A stretch of 64,000 nt of DNA from Nitrosopumilales archaeon. Lineage in GTDB: Archaea; Thermoproteota; Nitrososphaeria; Nitrososphaerales; Nitrososphaeraceae. Location of the stretch: contig JBIQJB010000002.1 of assembly GCA_044507735.1 (NCBI GenBank), forward strand, positions 64,001 through 128,000, read 5' to 3'. Under the pieces are notes generated by a model. That model was not told the DNA's origin. It saw nothing but the letters and a program-made list of their open reading frames with translations, and did not search any database. Of the stretch, positions 58,393 to 64,000 are shown piece after piece. Each line of letters opens with the position of its first letter. Within the stretch, counting starts at the first letter, position 1. The position numbers and the translations under genes were made by a program.

Positions 58393-59478
58393 CTAATGAA
58401 GCCTCGATTCTATAGAGGATTCATATTCTTCTTCAATCGCTGTGAGCAGTTTCTTGGCGGTGATTCTGCCTCTTGGTTTTAGCATTGCGGCAATAGCCGC
58501 GCCACCTGCTCCCACACCTTCCTTGACGAAACCTCTTGCAAACGCCTGCAGACCTGGCTTGCTCGACTCGTCAAGGTGCAGGTTGCACGAAAGGATTGGA
58601 ACATGGCCAGCTTCTCTGACGAGGCCTGTGAGGTCTGCAGAACCATCATTTAGAACATATGACGTTGTCCCAATGCAGAGTCGCGCACCAAGAGGGCTCC
58701 CAATACGCGCCATTATGGCAACTACGGCAGACATTTGAGTTCCACCTGCAAGCATCACTCTGCCTCCTTCATCTATCACGCCGCTGGCGATACCTGCGAC
58801 TGATGGCATCATCGGATCACCAAACTTTGCAATTGCTTCAAACGGAGATTTGGCTATTCTAGCACCTGACCTCTTTATGGCTGATTCGACTACCTTGTTT
58901 TTCAGATCGTGCGGGTTTTCTGGCATGCTACTGCTCACCTTGAATTTCGCGTCTATTCCCAGCGCGCTCAACACAGCCAGTGCAGTTGTCGTACCTCCGG
59001 GAATGCTCTCGCCAACAACAACAAGATCGGACATTCTGGCCAGCTGTCTACCGAGTGTCATGCCATGGTCAAACGCTATTCTTACGCTCGTTTCATTCAT
59101 GGCATCTTCTTTCACAATGTTGTTGCCGGCTTCAATTCCAAACGAAACACATGGAATAGAAGGCTTGACTCTTGCCCCGGCGTCAACCACCAAGAGGGGA
59201 ATTTTGGCTGCCTTGAGCGCAGCCCTGGTTATCAGCGCAGGGGTGGGCTTGCCATCTGGAGTCGCAGGGACTGCATCTATGCATTTGCATTTGCCATAGT
59301 GCAGGAATTCTGCGTCTGCTGGTGAAGTGTACTTTATGAGTTCAGGATTTGCCCCCGCCACGGTTAGCCCGGGGATTTCGCTGGTTGCTGTGTATGAGAT
59401 GACACACACAAAAAGAGGATTTTTTGCAGCGAAACCCCGAAGCGCAGATTTTCTGGATGTTGATAAAATGTCCTTCAT
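58393..59478 (-). CDS. cobT: Archaeal nicotinate-mononucleotide-dependent phosphoribosyltransferase CobT
   Basis: PTPALITRA, GESIPGGTTTA, LAGGTQM and VKEGVGAGG motifs. Confidence 0.93.
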   Translation of the reverse strand: MKDILSTSRKSALRGFAAKNPLFVCVISYTATSEIPGLTVAGANPELIKYTSPADAEFLHYGKCKCIDAVPATPDGKPTPALITRAALKAAKIPLLVVDAGARVKPSIPCVSFGIEAGNNIVKEDAMNETSVRIAFDHGMTLGRQLARMSDLVVVGESIPGGTTTALAVLSALGIDAKFKVSSSMPENPHDLKNKVVESAIKRSGARIAKSPFEAIAKFGDPMMPSVAGIASGVIDEGGRVMLAGGTQMSAVVAIMARIGSPLGARLCIGTTSYVLNDGSADLTGLVREAGHVPILSCNLHLDESSKPGLQAFARGFVKEGVGAGGAAIAAMLKPRGRITAKKLLTAIEEEYESSIESRLH

Positions 59479-59486
59479 GTGGTCAT

Positions 59487-60116
59487 TTAGCCACCGCCGG
59501 ACATCAATTCCAGAAACTCTTGCTTTGACCTTGGTTGTAGGACATAGTTTGTTTTCTTTTCCCTCCCTATTGTGGATGTAGGGCTCGGTCCATAGTTGTG
59601 GCCAGGATACACGATCAAATTGTCGTCAAGCTTGGCAAGCTTGCCAAAAAGACTATCGTACATCTCTGCAGGATCGCTTCCGGGCAAATCAGTCCTGCCG
59701 CAATTTCCAACAAAGAGTGTGTCTCCGGTGAAGACCAACTGGCCATCAAGTATTAGACAGATGCTGTCCTTTGAGTGACCCGGAGTGTGGAGGACGCGGA
59801 GTGACACGCCGCCAATTTCAATCCTGTCGCCATCGGAAACTGTCACGTGCTTTTCCAGTTGCGAGTTCTTGTGCTGCACTATCTTGGAGCCGGTTACCGC
59901 AACAACTTGATCGTTTCCAAGCACATGGTCAAAGTGCGTGTGAGTGTTGATCACATACTTTGCTTTCCAACCATTCTTTCTTAGAGCGAGGAACACTTCA
60001 TCCAGATCCCATGACGGGTCTATGACTGCGGCATCACCCGCCTCCTCGTCAGCTATGATGTATGTAAAATTGGCCATCTGACCTACTGGTATCTGCAGAA
60101 TTGTCGGCTTTATCAT
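59487..60116 (-). CDS. MBL-fold metallo-hydrolase (glyoxalase II/ETHE1-like)
   Basis: THTHFDH, HTPGH, GDTLF and PGH motifs. Confidence 0.92.
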   Translation of the reverse strand: MIKPTILQIPVGQMANFTYIIADEEAGDAAVIDPSWDLDEVFLALRKNGWKAKYVINTHTHFDHVLGNDQVVAVTGSKIVQHKNSQLEKHVTVSDGDRIEIGGVSLRVLHTPGHSKDSICLILDGQLVFTGDTLFVGNCGRTDLPGSDPAEMYDSLFGKLAKLDDNLIVYPGHNYGPSPTSTIGREKKTNYVLQPRSKQEFLELMSGGG

Positions 60117-60796
60117 GGTAATACGCCCAATTCTGCCTCCGGGGGTATGCCTATCCATTCAACGTGGATGGGTCCTGTGTACTTTTTGCCCTTCGCCAGT
60201 CCAACTTTGAGTCGATGGAATGTAACTGTAGCATCGGCCTTGACGCATTTTTCATGAATCTGAGCTGTATTTGGGTCAAATCCAGAGGGGACATCTACTG
60301 CAATCACGAACGCTTTGGAGTTGTTTATTGCATCTATTGCAGATGCGTAAGGTTCGCGGATCTCGCCCTTGATTCCTGTGCCAAAAATTGCATCCAGGAC
60401 AATGTGAGCTTTGGCGATCCGGCTTTTCACTTCGTCAGTTAGCTCCTTGCCAAATATAACTTCGATTGAATCCATCTTTTCTATTATGCCCCAGTTGAGC
60501 CTTGCCTCTTCACTTTTGAGGTCCGAGGGGTTCCCAAGAAGTATAATTGTTATTTTCGCATCATACCCTGCAAGGTGGCGCGACGCTACAAAGCCATCTC
60601 CGCCGTTGTTGCCAGTCCCGCATACTGCAACTATCCTCTTGTTCTTCAAATTCCTGAATTTGTGTACTACAAAGTCTGCCAAGCCATGTCCGGCATTCTC
60701 CATCATCAGAAAGCGCCGCATCCCAAGGACGGAGTGACCGTTTTCTTCGATGCGATACATCTGATCAGAGGTGATTGGCTCCTTCCTTAACAGCAC
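60113..60796 (-). CDS. nnrE: NAD(P)H-hydrate epimerase (YjeF-N)
   Basis: MENAG, GNNGGDG, DAIFGTG and DVPSG motifs. Confidence 0.93.
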   Translation of the reverse strand: MLLRKEPITSDQMYRIEENGHSVLGMRRFLMMENAGHGLADFVVHKFRNLKNKRIVAVCGTGNNGGDGFVASRHLAGYDAKITIILLGNPSDLKSEEARLNWGIIEKMDSIEVIFGKELTDEVKSRIAKAHIVLDAIFGTGIKGEIREPYASAIDAINNSKAFVIAVDVPSGFDPNTAQIHEKCVKADATVTFHRLKVGLAKGKKYTGPIHVEWIGIPPEAELGVLP

Positions 60797-60846
60797 ACTT
60801 GAAGTTCTCAGTAGCCAACATAAAAACTATGTATGAAGCAAGAGGG

Positions 60847-61098
60847 TCAAGTTTCCGGCGAGACTATCCCGCCCATTTCATTGTAAATCTTGATGAAGCG
60901 GCGACCCTTCTGAGTAGTCTTATACTTCAGGTCGCTCATATCATACTCCACAAGTTCATTTTCCAGCAGTATTGAGAGGTACTCCTTGAGCTGGGCGTAC
61001 GACAGATATGCACTGTACATTATCCTAGTTTTCGTAGCGCCGCCGTCTGCAGCTTCGAGTATTGCCACCACAATTTCTGTCCTGCTGCGATATTTCAT
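60847..61098 (-). CDS. Small winged-helix DNA-binding protein
   Basis: YRSRTEIV.AILE...TKTRIMYSAYLSYAQLKEYL...TQKG. Confidence 0.88.
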   Translation of the reverse strand: MKYRSRTEIVVAILEAADGGATKTRIMYSAYLSYAQLKEYLSILLENELVEYDMSDLKYKTTQKGRRFIKIYNEMGGIVSPET

Positions 61099-61159
61099 TC
61101 GAAAACTACTTGACTTGAGGAGATAAAAATAACATGACGTGATATACTAGAATAATTTT

Positions 61160-61447
61160 CTAGTGTGACTGCCTTGACATGAATTCCTTCAAATCATTGC
61201 TAATCTCAGCTACGTCACCGAGTGTCAGTTGTTCTTGCTCCTTCCTGGTCCAAACAATATAGCCTTCAGAATCAATGACTATCGCGCCAGATCTCTCGAG
61301 GAGGCGCACAATAACGTTTACTTGAAGTGGTGTGAGTGAGGGCACCAGCTTCTGAAGATCCCTAAGCTTGGGGTATCCTTCGAAATCTCTTATTGCCTGT
61401 AGAAGAGAATTGACTTCATTCTCTGAAACTTCGTTTGCAGGCCTCAC
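61160..61447 (-). CDS. Hypothetical winged-helix-like protein
   Basis: LQVNVIVRLLERSGAIVIDSEGYIVW. Confidence 0.6.
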   Translation of the reverse strand: MRPANEVSENEVNSLLQAIRDFEGYPKLRDLQKLVPSLTPLQVNVIVRLLERSGAIVIDSEGYIVWTRKEQEQLTLGDVAEISNDLKEFMSRQSH

Positions 61448-61941
61448 CTTGCGAGGGTTCTTCTTTGCTCTGATAGAAAAATGCCCGTGTGCTCAACCTA
61501 AAACTTTTTCTGTCAAGACGGTCGGTCAAATAGCCGACACACGGACTGTCAATGATAGACGCAGGAGCCAGGCCGGACGACCGTGTTCATGAATGTGTTG
61601 TTATTTCTCGGCTCTTTTTTCCGTAGGACACCTCTACCTGATGCTTTTTTCCGCTTGGATAGCCTTCGCATGCAACCTGCCAAACATGCGGCATTTGTGA
61701 AGTAGTGAATGCGGATTCTCTTCCTGAATTCATTTTGCAAACATGCGTGTTCTCCTGATGCTACCTTGCGCATGCTAGGCCGGAATATGTGGTCGTTCGC
61801 ATTCGGCTAGAGATCGCTTTTACCATATTGGTTATAGAATAATTTTTCGCAGACGATATAAGCTCGTGCATTGTGTGTTTTTTTCGAGCCATGTCTCGTT
61901 CCTTCCGTACTGGGACACTTGGTATCATAGGGTGGTGCTAG

Positions 61942-62316
61942 CTGCCACCCGCTCAATCTATACTGGTTGTTGATGACGAGCTTGACATCGTGGTAATCTT
62001 TCGCCAAGCATTGACCAAGCACGGATACACTGTTTACGGTTTCACTGATCCTGCACTGGCATTGGAGCATTTCAGGACCAACGCGAGTAACTATGCGCTG
62101 GTGATATCTGATGTGCGCATGCCGCAAATGAATGGGTTTGAGTTTGCAGCAGGAATTAAGGCAATCAAACCAGATGCCAAGATAGTGCTGATGTCTGCAT
62201 TTGAGGTGAATGACTTCGAGCTCTCAAATCTCCCTATCAAACCAAATGACTTTCTCAGCAAGCCTGTGGACATCAAGACTCTGGTGAATAAGGTCAGGCT
62301 GGCAATGGCGAACTAA
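61942..62316 (+). CDS. Single-domain response regulator (receiver), probable CTG start
   Basis: ILVVDDE lies upstream of the ORF-track start; SDVRMPQMNG, MSAF and KP motifs. Confidence 0.88.
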   Translation: MPPAQSILVVDDELDIVVIFRQALTKHGYTVYGFTDPALALEHFRTNASNYALVISDVRMPQMNGFEFAAGIKAIKPDAKIVLMSAFEVNDFELSNLPIKPNDFLSKPVDIKTLVNKVRLAMAN

Positions 62317-62348
62317 AAATTATTATCCTTCCATCTGATTGTGGAATT

Positions 62349-63275
62349 GTGGCCGGCCGGAGAAAAACTGAGACTCGGGATTTTGGTGCATCCAAACGCG
62401 AGGGTCATGATTCTTCAAAATTTTACGGTCGCCGGCTGTATGAGAATAATAAGGATGTTTATGCAAGCGGCGTTGAAAATCCCGTACCTGCAGAATATGT
62501 CGACAGGGTCTTGTGTAAGAGCAGCGAAAGGATGGAAGAACTCCCGGATTCGTGCATGCACCTTGTAGTAACTTCACCACCCTACAACGTGGGCAAGACC
62601 TACGATCAGGACCTTACGCTTTCAGAATACCGGCGACTGCTCAAGACCGTATTTTCAGAGGTGTTTCGTGTTCTGATAGACGGCGGGCGCGCATGCGTCA
62701 ACGTTGCAAACCTTGGAAGAAAGCCGTACATCCCTCTTCATAGCTATCTCATCGCAGACCTGCTCGACATCGGCTTCCAGATGAGGGGGGAGGTCATCTG
62801 GAACAAGGGCTCAAGTGCCGGCTCTTCGACTGCTTGGGGCAGCTGGATGTCTGCTTCAAACCCATCCCTGCGTGATACGCACGAATATATCTTGATATTT
62901 TCAAAGGGGTCATTTTCGCGGCCAGCAAAGAGGAGCACAATAAGCAAGCAGGAATTCTTGTCATATACAAAGAGCGTTTGGGAATTCCAGGCAGAGTCTG
63001 CAACGAGAGTTGGCCACCCTGCACCATTCCCCGTGGAGCTGCCCTACCGTTGCATCCAGCTCTACACATTTCAGAGTGACTTTGTACTTGATCCGTTCTG
63101 TGGAGTGGGCTCTACATGCTTGGCTGCAATCATGACCGGCAGGCATTTTGTTGGCTATGACACAAAGCAGGATTACATCGATATTGCACTGGAACGCATT
63201 GAAGAATCCAAAAAGAAGATATGCCATGGCGTTCATAGCAACATTACATGGCCGAGAACGAAATCGTCTATCTAA
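62349..63275 (+). CDS. Beta-class N4-cytosine/N6-adenine DNA methyltransferase
   Basis: TSPPYN precedes HPAPFP and LDPFCGVGST. Confidence 0.93.
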   Translation: MAGRRKTETRDFGASKREGHDSSKFYGRRLYENNKDVYASGVENPVPAEYVDRVLCKSSERMEELPDSCMHLVVTSPPYNVGKTYDQDLTLSEYRRLLKTVFSEVFRVLIDGGRACVNVANLGRKPYIPLHSYLIADLLDIGFQMRGEVIWNKGSSAGSSTAWGSWMSASNPSLRDTHEYILIFSKGSFSRPAKRSTISKQEFLSYTKSVWEFQAESATRVGHPAPFPVELPYRCIQLYTFQSDFVLDPFCGVGSTCLAAIMTGRHFVGYDTKQDYIDIALERIEESKKKICHGVHSNITWPRTKSSI

Positions 63276-63577
63276 AGTACCAGAACCTAGAAGACATGCT
63301 CAAGGTTATTATCTATTCCGCACAGTCCATGCTGGGGGTCGTCCCTATGCTCTATCATATCAATCACGATGGCAAACATGTCCTCTTTATCCAAACAGGG
63401 GCAATTGGCGGAGTGACCGTCCATTACGTTATTCAGGGTGAAAAGCCTGCCAAGAAGTTCATCCAGTTGAGAAGGCTCTCTGGCGAATATACATTCGTCG
63501 ACAGTATTGGCACGGATGCGCAGTCTCTCTACGTGCCGATTCTTCAGCTCGAAAAGTCGACGCTTTCGTTCCCTTGA
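63248..63577 (+). CDS. Hypothetical protein
   Basis: 109-aa ORF. Confidence 0.65.
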   Translation: MAENEIVYLKYQNLEDMLKVIIYSAQSMLGVVPMLYHINHDGKHVLFIQTGAIGGVTVHYVIQGEKPAKKFIQLRRLSGEYTFVDSIGTDAQSLYVPILQLEKSTLSFP

Positions 63578-64000
63578 ACTCATCGGGAACCTCTTCACAA
63601 TATTGTTGATCGCCACAACTGCAAGAAATCAAAGTAAGGCGCTGCCCGCCAGTCGCACAATTTCTGAATCCCTCCAGAGATCTGTGTCAAATGAATGAAC
63701 CTCTTGAAGCTAGCTCGTATGTCGTTGTGCGTACTGCTGTTTCTTGATGTGAAATGTGCGGCCTCTCGGATCGCTTCCTGTTGCACCCTTATTACAAGTG
63801 GAGTCAATTGTATTTCATGTCGCGGCGTGGACCTGCGCTGTCCTGTTCCGCGGGCAGTGCACATTCATGAACAGTATATTCCTGGAATGAGCGCAAATAC
63901 AGTGAATGCTGGTACCTACAAGCTCCTGAAGTGCGCTCTTCGCAGGCCTTGCACGCGATTGGTATCCGCTGATGTTGAAGATAGCCACAATATGCAGTTC

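Noticed and set aside
1-64000. CRISPR array, rRNA genes or IS transposase
   Set aside because: No regularly spaced identical repeats, no rRNA-like sequence and no DDE/HUH transposase motifs were seen by eye
63595-64000. ORF fragments at the window end
   Set aside because: No frame with a recognisable product

Overview
Archaeal chromosomal window. Gene content points to an ammonia-oxidising Nitrososphaerota (Thaumarchaeota) genome, probably Nitrososphaeraceae-like: TFB, Sec61beta, FEN1, archease, cofC/cofD, a Rieske-cytochrome b-plastocyanin complex III, Amt, archaeal CobT, the LysW pathway and frequent TTG starts. Most of it is core housekeeping (rpiA, aIF1, hisS, sdhACDB, argH, homocitrate synthase-lysW-lysX-lysK, dph5, base-excision glycosylases, nnrE). 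A visibly AT-richer island at about 16.8-21.9 kb is bounded by an 11-bp inverted repeat. It carries a truncated HTH-tyrosine recombinase abutting a 5'-truncated matrixin/repeat protein, a frameshifted membrane-tethered regulator and a cupredoxin lacking its copper ligands. Reading outside the ORF track gave a two-intron tRNA-Ser(CGA), a candidate C/D-box sRNA and five small ORFs (Sec61beta, LysW, a 35-aa basic peptide, a 50-aa HTH-like protein and a 59-aa NHLP-leader-like protein). The strongest oddity is a LysW carrier ending in EDWGQ instead of the EDWGE required in characterised systems. No database searches were run; all family calls are by motif recognition.
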